Below, in pieces: positions 1 to 10,515 of a DNA stretch of 58,827 bases; position 1 is the first letter of the stretch; every line of letters starts with the position of its first letter. Origin of the DNA: Actinomycetota bacterium (GTDB lineage Bacteria; Actinomycetota; Actinomycetes; Mycobacteriales; Mycobacteriaceae). Under the pieces are notes generated by a model. It had not been told where the DNA came from and ran no database searches. It worked only from the letters and a program-made list of their open reading frames with translations. Both the position numbers and the translations under genes were made by a program. The stretch is from the NCBI GenBank assembly GCA_030836785.1, contig JAUPLT010000304.1, forward strand, positions 1 to 58,827, given 5' to 3'.

Positions 1-62
1 CGGTGACCAGTGCCATCTTCATCCTCGCCGTGGCCGCTGTCTTCATCGGCTATCTGGCGTGA
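1..62 (+). CDS. 3' end of a membrane protein (partial, runs off the window)
   Basis: Frame from nt 3 reads VTSAIFILAVAAVFIGYLA* (TGA 60-62). It is hydrophobic, has GC-rich third positions and converges on the amidohydrolase stop. Confidence 0.6.
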   Translation, partial: VTSAIFILAVAAVFIGYLA

Positions 63-67
63 CGCGC

Positions 68-1780
68 TTATTCGGTGGGACGTGACGAGTCGGCCGGGAA
101 CCATCGGCCCTGGTAGACGGTTCCCAGAACCGGGATATCGGCCAGCCTTGCCGGGTCCACCAGATAGGGGTCCTCGGCGAGCACCGTGAACGTCGCCGCT
201 TTGCCGGGGGTGATGCTGCCGATCTCGTGTTCCAGCCGCCAGGAGTAGGCCGCCCCGATCGTGATGGCCCGCAGCGCCTCGTGCACCGAGATCCGCTGCT
301 CCGGCGCCACCACCCGGCTGGCAGGGGTGCGGCGATTGACCGCGAACGAGGCCAGCGCCAGCGGCGCTGCCGGGCCCATCGGCAAGTCCGAGTGCAGTGA
401 CAGTGGGATGCCACGCCGCAGTACCGAAGCGGCTCGGACCATCGTGTCGGCCCGGTCGGCACCCAGCCCGTGCGCGGCGTACTGGTCGGCGAAGCCCACC
501 GGGTAATACGGGTTTGCCGACACGATGCAGCCCAGCCGGGCGATCCGGTCGACCTGTTCCTCCGTCGAGTTGGCGAAGTGGACGATCACTGTCCGATGGT
601 CGTCGCGCGGGTGGGTGGCCAGGCATTCCTCGACGGTGTCAAGAACCAGGTCCAGCCCGGCGTCGCCGTTGACATGCACGTGCGGCTGCCAGCCCGCCTC
701 CCAGTAGGACCGGAAGAACGCCCGGAACGTTTCGGGCTGCATCATCCACTCGCCGTGGTGGCACAGGTCGGGGTGCCCGGAATCATCGAGGTAGGGCTCA
801 CGCATCTGCATCAGCTGACTGATGATCGCGCCGTCGGCGAACAACTTGACGTGCTTGGTCAGCAGCCGGACCTTTCCGGTGGCGGCCCGCGCGACCTGAG
901 CCTCGGCGTCGGCTACCGCGTCCGCGGGGTCCATGCCGGCATCAGCCTGGCTGCGCGCGTCGACGAGGAACGTCGAGGTGAAAGGGGTGTCGCTGGATCC
1001 GAGGATCTGCTGGTAGAGGTCCCACGGCTCGACGGCCCACATGATGCCGGGCTCGTTGATGGCGGTGACGCCGCCGGAACGCAGATACGCCACCAATTGC
1101 TGCAGGCCCGCCGCCAACCGATCGGCCGTCATGACCACCGGCGTCAGCGCCGGAAGCAGCAGGTTCATCCCGGCTTCCCACCAGTGTCCCGCCTCGAAGT
1201 CCACCATCGTGCTGGCCGGCCCGTGGCCCGCCATCCGATCGGCGGTCAGACCGAGCGTGGCGATGGCGGCGGAGTTCAGGTACCACTCGTGGCAAGACCG
1301 CTGCCAGACCGCGATCGGTCGGGTCGCACTGACGGTGTCGAGCACCGACCGGTCCAGGTCACCGTGCCACAGCCGGTGATAGCCCCAGCTGAACAACCAC
1401 TCGCCGGGGTCGCTCAGCCGTCGATCGGCATCGACCAGACGGCGCCGGTAGTCGGCTGCCCCGTTCGCGGCCCGGAAGGTGCGGCCGGGCAGCACCCAGT
1501 CCTCGATCGCGATGACCTCCGTCATCAGAGTCGCGGCGCCGAGAATCGGATGCAGGTGCTGATCGATGAGGCCGGGTAGCAATACCGCGTCGGCGAAGGT
1601 GTCGTCGACGGCGCCGCGGTGGCGGATGTCCTCGAGTTGACCCACCGCGGTGATCCGCCCGCCGGACACCGCGACCGCGGTGGTGGTCGGCCCGGCGTCC
1701 CATTCCGGGTCCATGGTGATCACCCGGCGTGCGGCGAATACGGTGCTGGAGTCCTCGCCGGTAGCCACGGTGTCAGTCAC
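68..1780 (-). CDS. Amidohydrolase_3 (YtcJ-like) metal-dependent hydrolase
   Basis: 570 aa; LLPGLIDQHLH metal motif, KLFADG, HVNGDA, HSDLP, GSITPGKAATF C-terminal strand. Confidence 0.88.
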   Translation of the reverse strand: MTDTVATGEDSSTVFAARRVITMDPEWDAGPTTTAVAVSGGRITAVGQLEDIRHRGAVDDTFADAVLLPGLIDQHLHPILGAATLMTEVIAIEDWVLPGRTFRAANGAADYRRRLVDADRRLSDPGEWLFSWGYHRLWHGDLDRSVLDTVSATRPIAVWQRSCHEWYLNSAAIATLGLTADRMAGHGPASTMVDFEAGHWWEAGMNLLLPALTPVVMTADRLAAGLQQLVAYLRSGGVTAINEPGIMWAVEPWDLYQQILGSSDTPFTSTFLVDARSQADAGMDPADAVADAEAQVARAATGKVRLLTKHVKLFADGAIISQLMQMREPYLDDSGHPDLCHHGEWMMQPETFRAFFRSYWEAGWQPHVHVNGDAGLDLVLDTVEECLATHPRDDHRTVIVHFANSTEEQVDRIARLGCIVSANPYYPVGFADQYAAHGLGADRADTMVRAASVLRRGIPLSLHSDLPMGPAAPLALASFAVNRRTPASRVVAPEQRISVHEALRAITIGAAYSWRLEHEIGSITPGKAATFTVLAEDPYLVDPARLADIPVLGTVYQGRWFPADSSRPTE

Positions 1781-1823
1781 GACGTCGATTGTGCCGTCGA
1801 TGGACCGGAAAGGTTTGCGTTTG

Positions 1824-3935
1824 CTACGGGATGGCGCGCAGCGGCAGCGAGATCTCGATCCCGGAGACGTTGATCAACCCGGCGGTGGTGAAGTTCTCGT
1901 AGTTGACCGCCGAACTGGTGATCTGGAGGGTCAGCGTGTCGTCGGCGTCCACCGAGTACGCGATGTCCTCCATCGGGATGGTCACCGAACGTTCCCGGCC
2001 GTCCAGCATCACCGGGATCGGGGTGACGTTGTTGCCCAGGACCAGCCCGGTCTTGTCGTCGACCAGTTGCGCGTACACGGTGCGGCTGGTGCCCAGACCC
2101 TGATAGGAGAAGCTCAGCGTCGGGGCGCCGACGATCTGGTTGTCCGCCGTCGGAGTCACGCTGACGTTCAGCGCGTTCCATGCTTTGCCGGCGTTGGTGA
2201 TCGAGAACGGCAGATCCCCGATCGGCGCCGGCCCGGAACCACCGATCACCGGCCACAGACCGAGCACGCCACCCTGGCCGGCGGTGGTGTACGGGGTGTC
2301 CTGGTTGAAGCCGGCATCCCAGGGCAGCAGGTCTGAGGAGTGGTAGAGCCCCTTCTGGTCGTACCACTGGAACGTCGGAATGTCGTCGGCCGGCCGATCG
2401 GGGTCCAAGGCCACGTACTGATCAAGCCACTTCAGGTTCTGGATCAGCCCCTGGGCATCCTGCTCGACGGGCGGATTGGGGATGTCGCAGGTGCCATGAC
2501 CACCGCAGAACCAGAACAACTTGTAGGGCGTGTCCCAGGGGTTGCCGGTGATGGTCCGGCCGGTCGCCACTGACTCCGACAGCGGGAACAGCGTGTCGTA
2601 CTGCCCCTGAAACTGCAGGGTCGCGGCCTGTTGCTGGGTCAGCAGGCTGGTCGGCCCGACGCTGCCCAGCACCGCCTGGGAGGTCTCACCGAGCCAACCG
2701 AACAGAACTCCGGTGAGGATGCCCTGGTAGATCTCCGGGTTCACCCGCGCCCCGGTGAAGAACAGCGCCGCGGCGAGGATCCCGCCGAAACCCGTCTTGA
2801 ACTGGTTGCCATTGGGATACAGCGAACTCAGCAGCGAGTTCCAGCCGATCTCGGGCAGGATCGCGTCGATCCGCGGGTCCACCGTCGTCAACTGGATTCC
2901 GCCGCCGTATGAGCCGCCGGTCATGCCGATCAGGGGATCCCCGTCAAGGGAGGTTTTGATCTGAGCGCTTGCCGGGTTGGCCGAACTGTTCAGCCAGGTG
3001 ATGATCGAGGACACGTCGCGGCCCTCGTAGAACGGGTTGTCGATCTGCAACTGGCCCTCGGAGGCGAATTCGCCGCGCGGATCCCAGGTGATGACGTTGT
3101 ACCCGCCGCCTCCGCTGTAGGACGGCCCGCCGATCGCCGACGAGGTGAACGAGTCCTCGCGTAGCGGCTTGATCCCGGGTGTCAGGCTGCCGAACTGCTG
3201 GGCAGGAAACAGCTGCCCGAACACGGTGTTGGGGTCGGTGTTGGCCGCACAGGCCAGGCCGGACGCGGCCAGCACCGTCGGTGCCGAGTCCACCAGGCCG
3301 TCGGAGACGTTGATCGCAGGGAAGTAGTTGACGCTGATCAGGGTGCCGTCGAAGGACGGCATCCGGTAGGTGAAAGCGGTCGGCCGGTCGGCGGCCAGCG
3401 CGTAGGGGTTCGCGTCGAACGTCACGATCTCCGCCTTGCCGATGACCGGCGACAGCAGTTCGCCGACGATCGGGATGCGGTGGATGACCGCCAGTACCTG
3501 CGGGATGAGGAGGCTTCCCAACGGGCCCAGCAGGTTTTCGACGAACTGGGCCGCCGGGGAGTTCTCCAGCACCATGATCCGGAACGTCTCGTTGAGGGTC
3601 GGGTCGGTGAGAGTGGTGGCGTACGGGATGTAGGTGAACGAGCCACCCGGGCCGAAGTTGGTCAGTGGCAGCAGTGGCCCACCGCCGATCTTGCCGCCTC
3701 CGCTGGGCCCGGAGACCACCACGTAGCTCAGCGGGTTGCCGCTGGTGGTGCTGGCGTCCAGAGTGCCGCTGAGGACACCGTGGTTCCACGTCAGCGTGGG
3801 ATTCACGGTGATGGAGTCGCCCACATGCGCCGAGGACGCAGCTTTCGCGGTCGGGGCCGGGCGCAGGGCGGCCCGCCCGAGTCTGATGGCTCCCTCGCTA
3901 CCTGTTCGGATGTGATGCCTACCACAGCCGGCCAC
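1824..3935 (-). CDS. CocE/NonD (peptidase S15) alpha/beta hydrolase with an N-terminal Ig/cadherin-like segment; start uncertain
   Basis: [23 protein letters not shown], nucleophile motif [26 protein letters not shown]. The ORF-track start (4049) overlaps ppc, so GTG 3935 or a later start is more plausible. Confidence 0.78.
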   Translation of the reverse strand: MAGCGRHHIRTGSEGAIRLGRAALRPAPTAKAASSAHVGDSITVNPTLTWNHGVLSGTLDASTTSGNPLSYVVVSGPSGGGKIGGGPLLPLTNFGPGGSFTYIPYATTLTDPTLNETFRIMVLENSPAAQFVENLLGPLGSLLIPQVLAVIHRIPIVGELLSPVIGKAEIVTFDANPYALAADRPTAFTYRMPSFDGTLISVNYFPAINVSDGLVDSAPTVLAASGLACAANTDPNTVFGQLFPAQQFGSLTPGIKPLREDSFTSSAIGGPSYSGGGGYNVITWDPRGEFASEGQLQIDNPFYEGRDVSSIITWLNSSANPASAQIKTSLDGDPLIGMTGGSYGGGIQLTTVDPRIDAILPEIGWNSLLSSLYPNGNQFKTGFGGILAAALFFTGARVNPEIYQGILTGVLFGWLGETSQAVLGSVGPTSLLTQQQAATLQFQGQYDTLFPLSESVATGRTITGNPWDTPYKLFWFCGGHGTCDIPNPPVEQDAQGLIQNLKWLDQYVALDPDRPADDIPTFQWYDQKGLYHSSDLLPWDAGFNQDTPYTTAGQGGVLGLWPVIGGSGPAPIGDLPFSITNAGKAWNALNVSVTPTADNQIVGAPTLSFSYQGLGTSRTVYAQLVDDKTGLVLGNNVTPIPVMLDGRERSVTIPMEDIAYSVDADDTLTLQITSSAVNYENFTTAGLINVSGIEISLPLRAIP

Positions 3936-4035
3936 ATCCGGTTCCCGGCGGGACCGGCTCGCAGAACTCCGGGCGCAGATGACGCTGTCGCCGCTCACCC
4001 TGCGGCCGGCCGGCCGGGGCGGGATACTCGTCACC

Positions 4036-6864
4036 GTGCCCGACGACATCAGCCTCGAACCGATCGGGGCGGTTTACCGCACCCGCGTGGGTCGCGAGGC
4101 CACCGAACCCATGCGCGAGGACATCCGCCTGCTCGGCGCCATCCTGGGCGACACGGTGCGCGAACAGAGCGGGGTCGATGTCTACGACCTCGTGGAGCGG
4201 GCCCGGGTGGCGTCCTTTGGGGTCCGTCGATCAGAGGTCGACCGGGCCGATTTGGCGGCCATGTTCGACGGGGTCGACATTCGCCGGGCGATCCCGGTGA
4301 TCCGGGCGTTCAGTCACTTCGCGCTGCTGGCCAACGTCGCCGAGGATATCCACCGGGAACGGCGTCGGGCGGTTCATGTCGCGGCGGGGGAGCCGCCCCT
4401 GGACAGCACGCTGGCAGCGACGTACCGCAAGCTTGATGAGGCTGGTCTCGATGCCGCCACCGTGGCGCGCGAACTGGATTGCGCTTTCATCTCGCCGGTC
4501 ATCACCGCCCATCCCACCGAGACGCGGCGACGGACGATCTTCGACACCCAGAACCACATCATCAGGTTGATGCGGTTGCGTATGCACGGCCACGCTGAGA
4601 CCGACGACGGCCGGCCGGTCGAGGCCGAGTTACGCAGGCACATCCTCACGCTGTGGCAGACCGCGTTGATCCGGCTGTCGCGGCTGAGGATCACCGACGA
4701 GATCGAGTCAGGTTTGCGGTACTACCGGGCCTCCTTCTTCGAGGCGATTCCGAAGGTCAACGCCGAGGTGCGCGGCGCGCTGCGCAGCCGCTGGCCGGAC
4801 GCCGACCTGCTCGAGCAGCCGATTGTGCGTCCAGGCTCGTGGATCGGCGGCGACCGGGACGGCAACCCCAACGTCACCGGTGACGTGGTTCGGCTGGCGA
4901 CCAACAACGCCGCGTTCACCGCACTGTCGCACTACCTCGACGAACTGCGCATTCTCGAACAGGAACTGTCCATGTCGGCGCGGCTGGTGCGGGTCGACAC
5001 CGCCCTCGAGGCGCTCGCCGCCGGCTGTATGGAGCCCACCCGCGCCGACGAACCCTATCGGCGGGCGGTTCGGGTGGTGCGGGCCCGGTTGACCGAGACC
5101 GCCGCTGCGATTCTCGACAGTCAGCCGGAACACGTGCTGGACGCATCCTCCGGATTGCGGCTGCCTCCGTATGCGTCGCCGGCCGAGATGCAGGCGGACC
5201 TCGATGTCATCGACGCCTCGCTGCGCACCAACGGCAGCGCGGTGGTCGCCGACGACCGGTTGTCCCGGCTGCGGGAGTCTCTGCCGGTGTTCGGCTTTCA
5301 TCTCTGCGGCCTCGACATGCGGCAGAACTCCGAGGTCCACGAGCAGGTGATCGCCGAGCTACTCGCCTGGGCGGGCGTGCATCCGGACTATGGATCGCTG
5401 TCGGAGGCGCAGCGGGTCGAGATTTTGTCGACGGAGCTGGCGGTCCGGCGGCCGTTGACCCGCGCGGATGCCGACCTGTCGGATCTGGCCCGAAAGGAAC
5501 TCGGCATTCTGGGTGCGGCGGCCAGAGCGGTCCGGGTACTCGGCGAGCCTGCCGTACCCACCTACATCATCTCGATGTGCCGATCGGTGTCGGACCTGCT
5601 GGAGGCGGCGGTTCTGCTCAAAGAGGTCGGTCTGCTTGATGTTTCGACAGCAGAGGCCTCGGATCCAGATTCCGCACTCGGTCGGTACGCGCCGGTCGGT
5701 GTGGTGCCACTGTTCGAGACCATCGACGACCTGCGCAGCGGCGCCTCGGTGCTGGAGGCCGCGCTCGGATTGCCGGTCTACCGCCGCATGGTCGACGCTT
5801 GGGGACATACCCAGGAGGTCATGCTCGGCTATTCGGACTCGAACAAGGACGGCGGATACCTCGCCGCCAACTGGGCGCTCTACCGGGCTGAGCTGGATCT
5901 GGTGGAATGCGCGCGCCGCAACGGAATTCGGTTGCGGCTCTTCCATGGTCGCGGCGGCACGATCGGCCGTGGCGGCGGGCCGAGCTACGACGCGATCCTG
6001 GCCCAGCCGCCCGGGGCGGTGAACGGTTCGCTGCGCCTGACCGAACAGGGCGAGGTGATCGCAGCCAAGTATGCCGAGCCCCGGATCGCACACCGCAACC
6101 TGGAGAGCCTGATCGCCGCGACTCTCGAGTCGACCCTGCTCGATGTCGAGGGACTCGGCGACGCGGCCGACCCGGCTTACCGGGTGCTCGACGAACTGGC
6201 TGACCGCGCGCAACGCGCCTACGCGGAACTGGTCCACGACACACCCGGATTCGTCGACTACTTCACCGAATCGACTCCGGTCAGCGAGATCGGTTCGCTC
6301 AATATCGGCAGTCGGCCCACCAGTCGCAAGCCGACGTCGTCGATCGCCGATCTGCGGGCCATCCCGTGGGTGCTGGCCTGGAGTCAGTCTCGGGTGATGC
6401 TGCCCGGCTGGTATGGCACCGGCGCCGCGATTGAGGGCTGGATCGGCGGCGACGACGAGCGCCTTTCGGTGTTGCAGGAGCTGTACCGAGACTGGCCGTT
6501 CTTCCGGACGGTGTTGTCGAACATGGCGCAGGTGCTGGCCAAGTCGGACATGGGGCTGGCTGCCCGGTACGCCGAGTTGGTCGGTGACACCCGGTTGCGG
6601 GAACGGGTGTTCGGGATGATCCGCGCCGAGCATGAACGGACGATCCGGATGCACGGGCTGGTCACCGGTCAGGATGACCTGCTGGCCGACAACCCGGCGT
6701 TGGCCCGCTCGGTGTTCAACCGGTTCCCGTACCTCGAACCGCTCAACCACCTGCAAGTGGAACTGCTGCGGCGCTATCGCGCCGGCGAGGATGACGACCT
6801 CGTTCAGCGTGGCATCCTGCTCACGATGAGCGGGCTGGCATCAGCGTTACGCAACAGCGGATGA
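4036..6864 (+). CDS. ppc: Phosphoenolpyruvate carboxylase
   Basis: [47 protein letters not shown]-terminal RNSG. Start placed at GTG 4036 ([11 protein letters not shown]). Confidence 0.97.
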   Translation: MPDDISLEPIGAVYRTRVGREATEPMREDIRLLGAILGDTVREQSGVDVYDLVERARVASFGVRRSEVDRADLAAMFDGVDIRRAIPVIRAFSHFALLANVAEDIHRERRRAVHVAAGEPPLDSTLAATYRKLDEAGLDAATVARELDCAFISPVITAHPTETRRRTIFDTQNHIIRLMRLRMHGHAETDDGRPVEAELRRHILTLWQTALIRLSRLRITDEIESGLRYYRASFFEAIPKVNAEVRGALRSRWPDADLLEQPIVRPGSWIGGDRDGNPNVTGDVVRLATNNAAFTALSHYLDELRILEQELSMSARLVRVDTALEALAAGCMEPTRADEPYRRAVRVVRARLTETAAAILDSQPEHVLDASSGLRLPPYASPAEMQADLDVIDASLRTNGSAVVADDRLSRLRESLPVFGFHLCGLDMRQNSEVHEQVIAELLAWAGVHPDYGSLSEAQRVEILSTELAVRRPLTRADADLSDLARKELGILGAAARAVRVLGEPAVPTYIISMCRSVSDLLEAAVLLKEVGLLDVSTAEASDPDSALGRYAPVGVVPLFETIDDLRSGASVLEAALGLPVYRRMVDAWGHTQEVMLGYSDSNKDGGYLAANWALYRAELDLVECARRNGIRLRLFHGRGGTIGRGGGPSYDAILAQPPGAVNGSLRLTEQGEVIAAKYAEPRIAHRNLESLIAATLESTLLDVEGLGDAADPAYRVLDELADRAQRAYAELVHDTPGFVDYFTESTPVSEIGSLNIGSRPTSRKPTSSIADLRAIPWVLAWSQSRVMLPGWYGTGAAIEGWIGGDDERLSVLQELYRDWPFFRTVLSNMAQVLAKSDMGLAARYAELVGDTRLRERVFGMIRAEHERTIRMHGLVTGQDDLLADNPALARSVFNRFPYLEPLNHLQVELLRRYRAGEDDDLVQRGILLTMSGLASALRNSG

Positions 6865-6865
6865 G

Positions 6866-8389
6866 CTACGGCGCAGGTCGGTAAACCTGGAGCGCACGGT
6901 AGACGTTGGTGAAGCGCGCGCTGGTGCGGGGACTGTCGACCTCGCCGTCGCGGGCCACCGCGATGGGTCCGTCGACAGCGGTGAAGCTGAACTCCGGAAC
7001 CTGCAGTTCGTGGTACAGCGGACTGCGTTCCAGCCTGCCCAGGACGAGCGAGGTCATAATCCGCAGCCGGCTGTATGGTCGTCCGCTCTCGAGGATTCTG
7101 ACGTCCATCAGCCCGTCGTCCATCCGGGTGCGCCGGGCGGGGGCGAATCCGGAAGGCAGGTAGACCGAGTTCCCCAGGAAGAACAGGGAGGTCGTCACCG
7201 TGTTGCCGTCGTAGCTGATGCGCACCGGCTGCCCGTGACGCAACGTGTGGATCATCGCGTAGAGTCCGGCGGCGGCCTTGCCGACCTTGTGCTCCCATTT
7301 CTCGCGGGTGGCGACGTAATGCGGGTATGCGCCGATGCTGGCGGTGTTGACCACCGTTTGCTCCTCATCGAGTTTGACGATGTCGACGCACCACACGCTG
7401 CCGGTCCGGATGGCCTCGACGGTCGCCCCGACATTGTCGCAGCCGATGTCCTTGGCGAAGTGATTGAACGTTCCCGCCGGGAATACCGCCAATGGAATCC
7501 CCTGGGCCACAGCCACACCCGCCGCGCAGCCGACAGTGCCGTCGCCGCCGGCGACCGCGAGAACCTCGGCGCGCCCGGCCGCTGACCGCAGTGACTCCGG
7601 CCCGTCGTCATCCGGGCCGAGTGTCACGATCTCCATCGCGGGCAGCGCGCTGCGCACCCCGTCGATGACGTCGGTGCCCGCGCCGCCGCCGGAGGCCGGA
7701 TTGACCACCAGGATCACCCCTGATCCGTCCGGGCGTTCGGGTGCGGTGACCCGTAAAGCGGAGGTGCGCGGCAATTGTGCGGGAACGACCGGCGGGACAA
7801 TTCGGCCCCCCAGCACGGCGACGGCGGCACCGAGCCCGAACCCGGCCACCACGTCGCCGGGATAGTGCGCACCGGTCGCGACCCGGGACAGCCCCACCAG
7901 GCCGGCGAGCAGGGCGAGACCGATACCCAGTCCGGGGCTCTCCAACCCGACTCCGACGGCGAACGCGGCGGCGCTGGCAGCGTGCCCCGAGGGCAGCGAG
8001 TTGGAGGTGGGCAGCCGGCGTGCCCGGCGGGCCAGCGGGACGGAACCACCGTCCGGCCGGGCCCGCCGGCGCAGCCGTTTAGCCACCTGGTTGGTCAGCA
8101 GGCTCGTTGCGGCGAGGCTGGTCAGCCCGCGGACCGCTCCGCGGCGGGTAGACGGCGGGCCTTGCGACAGCACGGCGGCCAGGACGATCCACAACTTCGA
8201 ATGGTCGGCGGCGCGGGTGAGCGCCGGCATCGCGCGATCAAGCAGGGGGCTGGGCGAGTCGGCCACGGCTTCGAACACCGCACGGTCCAACCTTCCGAGG
8301 CCGCGCGTCACCTCACGGATCGCAGACAGCGGGTGGTCGCGGGTCATGCCGTTCCGGATAGCCGCCGCCGTTGCGTTCCAACCGGCCAT
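6866..8389 (-). CDS. Bifunctional PAP2 phosphatase / diacylglycerol-kinase-family protein
   Basis: PAP2 motifs KRLRRRARP, PSGH and SRVATGAHYPGD, followed by DAGK motifs VNPASG, GGDGT and PAGTFNHFA. Alternative start ATG 8347. Confidence 0.88.
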   Translation of the reverse strand: MAGWNATAAAIRNGMTRDHPLSAIREVTRGLGRLDRAVFEAVADSPSPLLDRAMPALTRAADHSKLWIVLAAVLSQGPPSTRRGAVRGLTSLAATSLLTNQVAKRLRRRARPDGGSVPLARRARRLPTSNSLPSGHAASAAAFAVGVGLESPGLGIGLALLAGLVGLSRVATGAHYPGDVVAGFGLGAAVAVLGGRIVPPVVPAQLPRTSALRVTAPERPDGSGVILVVNPASGGGAGTDVIDGVRSALPAMEIVTLGPDDDGPESLRSAAGRAEVLAVAGGDGTVGCAAGVAVAQGIPLAVFPAGTFNHFAKDIGCDNVGATVEAIRTGSVWCVDIVKLDEEQTVVNTASIGAYPHYVATREKWEHKVGKAAAGLYAMIHTLRHGQPVRISYDGNTVTTSLFFLGNSVYLPSGFAPARRTRMDDGLMDVRILESGRPYSRLRIMTSLVLGRLERSPLYHELQVPEFSFTAVDGPIAVARDGEVDSPRTSARFTNVYRALQVYRPAP

Positions 8390-8409
8390 GCGTCCGCGGT
8401 CAGCGGATC

Positions 8410-8814
8410 TCAGCGTCGGCGCAGCGCGTTGACCACACCGCGCACCGCTGACTCGGTGACCGCCAGTGGCGCCATCGCCGCCTCGGCGACACCCACCAGT
8501 CGCTCGGCTCGGTCGACGATGCCCTCCATCCTTTCGGCCACCGCGTTGAGCCGGGGAGTCATCTCGTCGATGCGCTGCAAGGTGCCGTTGAACACCCGCA
8601 AGGTCTCTTCGAAGTACTTCAGGGTGGCCTCGAAGTACGTCATCGTCTCGGCCATGCTGGTCATCGTCGAGTCCAGGCTGGACAGCGACTCCGACATCGT
8701 TCCCATCAGGTCACCGACCTGATCGACGGTCTCGTCGGCATTCAGCGCTGCCTGGGCCAGGGTCCTGAGCCTCTCCCCAGCGGTACGCGGTGACGTTGTT
8801 GTCTTGTCCACCAT
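8410..8814 (-). CDS. Conserved coiled-coil protein (Rv1444c-like)
   Basis: TLAQAALNADETVDQV...MAPLAVTESAVRGVV with heptad periodicity; lies directly downstream of pgl as in other mycobacteria. Confidence 0.8.
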   Translation of the reverse strand: MVDKTTTSPRTAGERLRTLAQAALNADETVDQVGDLMGTMSESLSSLDSTMTSMAETMTYFEATLKYFEETLRVFNGTLQRIDEMTPRLNAVAERMEGIVDRAERLVGVAEAAMAPLAVTESAVRGVVNALRRR

Positions 8815-8819
8815 GCCGG

Positions 8820-9557
8820 TCAGTCTGGCAGTTCACTCGCCGCGGCGCTGTCGATTAGCCACACGGTGGCCTCGCGTCCCACCGCGCCGGCCGCCGGTAC
8901 GTCCTCGGGGTTCGCGCCTCCGACGGCGGCGGCGACCGCCCCGGCCTTGGCCGCACCGGACACCACCAGCCAAACCTCGCGGGATCGGCGAATCGCGGGC
9001 AGGGTCAAGGTGATCCGCCGGGGCGGGGGCTTGGGGGAGTCCTCGACCGCGACCACCATGCGGTGTCGTTCCCGAACCGCCGGTGTGTGCGGAAAGAGCG
9101 AATTGACGTGCCCCTCGCCGCCCATCCCGAGCAGGTGCACGTCGAACTCCGGGGTGGCCGCGTCGGCCTCGGCGTACCTGGCCAGGACCTCCCGGTAGGC
9201 GTCGGCGGCCGCATCGACGTTCGATCCGAACTCGCCGTCCGATGCCGGCATCGGGTGGATATTGGCAGCCGGGATCGGCACGTGACTCAGCAGTGCCTCG
9301 TGCGCCTGTTTGTCGTTGCGCTCGTCGTCGTCGTGCGCGACATAGCGTTCGTCACCCCAGAACACATGCACCCGTGACCAATTGACCGGGTGGCTGCCGA
9401 GACGTTCGAGTAACGCGATCCCGGTACCGCCGCCGGTGAGCACGATCATCGCCCGGCCACGTTCGGCGACCGCGGTGGCGATGGCCCCGGCCAGCCGGTC
9501 ACCTGCCGCGGCCACCAAAGTGTCGGTGTCGGGGTAGGTCTCGACGGTCGGCGTCAC
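8820..9557 (-). CDS. pgl: 6-phosphogluconolactonase
   Basis: [46 protein letters not shown] 9557 overlaps the opcA stop (GTGA). Confidence 0.95.
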   Translation of the reverse strand: MTPTVETYPDTDTLVAAAGDRLAGAIATAVAERGRAMIVLTGGGTGIALLERLGSHPVNWSRVHVFWGDERYVAHDDDERNDKQAHEALLSHVPIPAANIHPMPASDGEFGSNVDAAADAYREVLARYAEADAATPEFDVHLLGMGGEGHVNSLFPHTPAVRERHRMVVAVEDSPKPPPRRITLTLPAIRRSREVWLVVSGAAKAGAVAAAVGGANPEDVPAAGAVGREATVWLIDSAAASELPD

Positions 9558-10480
9558 GCCACCCCGCCGGTGGGATACAGAACCTTGTCGATCCCGGCCA
9601 GCGCCTCGTGGTAGATCTCGTCGGCGTCGAGGCGGCGCAGATCCTCGGCGAGGCATTCGCGGGTCTCTCGTCGCGCCAGCGGTAGCTGGGCGGCCGGCCT
9701 GCCGGTGCGGGTCAGGGTTGCGGTAGATCCCTTCTGCGGCCGGCTCAAGACGATGGTCTGGCTGGGCAGGACGAGTTCCACCTTCAACTTGCCCGCCACC
9801 CGCTGCACCGGACCGTCGATACGGCTCGCCAGCCAGCCGGCCAGGATGTCCAGGGCGGGCTCGCTGGCCAGTCCGGACACCAGGGCTGCGGTGACCGGCT
9901 CGTAGGGCGGCTGGTCGAGGGCGGAAGCCAGCAGCGCCCGCCAGTAGGTAATCCGGCTCCACGCGAGATCGGTGTCGCCCTGCGCATAGCCCGACAGCCT
10001 GCTGCGCAGCGCAGCCAGCGGATCCGCGGTGTAGGTGGCATCGGTGATGCGACGGATCGCCAACTGGCCCAACGGGTCCCGGGACGGTACATCAGGTGCG
10101 TTCCCGGGCCACCAGGTGACCACGGGGGTGTCGGGTAGCAGGAAGGGGAGCACCACGCTGCTGGCGTGCTCGGCCAGTGGCCCGGCGGTGCGCAGCACCA
10201 CCACCTCGCCGGCGCCGGCGTCGCCGCCCACCCGTAACTGGCCGTCCAGACGGGCCTCGGGAGCACGCCGATCGACCGGTACCACGACGATGATGCGGCA
10301 GGGGTGCTCCCTGCTGGCCCCCACCGCCGCCTCGATCGCGTCTTCGAGGATCGCCTCGTTATGGGGAGCGACCACCAGTGTCAGCACCCGGCCCAGGGTG
10401 ATCGCGCCGCCTTCTTCGCGCAGGGAGGTGATCCGCTTGTTGATGGCGTTGGTGGTGGTGTCCGGCAGGTCGACGATCAC
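9554..10480 (-). CDS. opcA: Glucose-6-phosphate dehydrogenase assembly protein OpcA
   Basis: [51 protein letters not shown]; lies between zwf and pgl. Confidence 0.95.
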   Translation of the reverse strand: MIVDLPDTTTNAINKRITSLREEGGAITLGRVLTLVVAPHNEAILEDAIEAAVGASREHPCRIIVVVPVDRRAPEARLDGQLRVGGDAGAGEVVVLRTAGPLAEHASSVVLPFLLPDTPVVTWWPGNAPDVPSRDPLGQLAIRRITDATYTADPLAALRSRLSGYAQGDTDLAWSRITYWRALLASALDQPPYEPVTAALVSGLASEPALDILAGWLASRIDGPVQRVAGKLKVELVLPSQTIVLSRPQKGSTATLTRTGRPAAQLPLARRETRECLAEDLRRLDADEIYHEALAGIDKVLYPTGGVA

Positions 10481-10515
10481 TGGGATTGACTCCGCTCTTC
10501 ACTGGCGCTCATCGC

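Noticed and set aside
9558-9962. Long N-terminal extensions of pgl (also echA, inhA, mutB, lipL and tkt in the ORF track)
   Set aside because: They overlap the upstream gene in another frame or run through promoter DNA; better starts with SD, overlap or -10 support exist.
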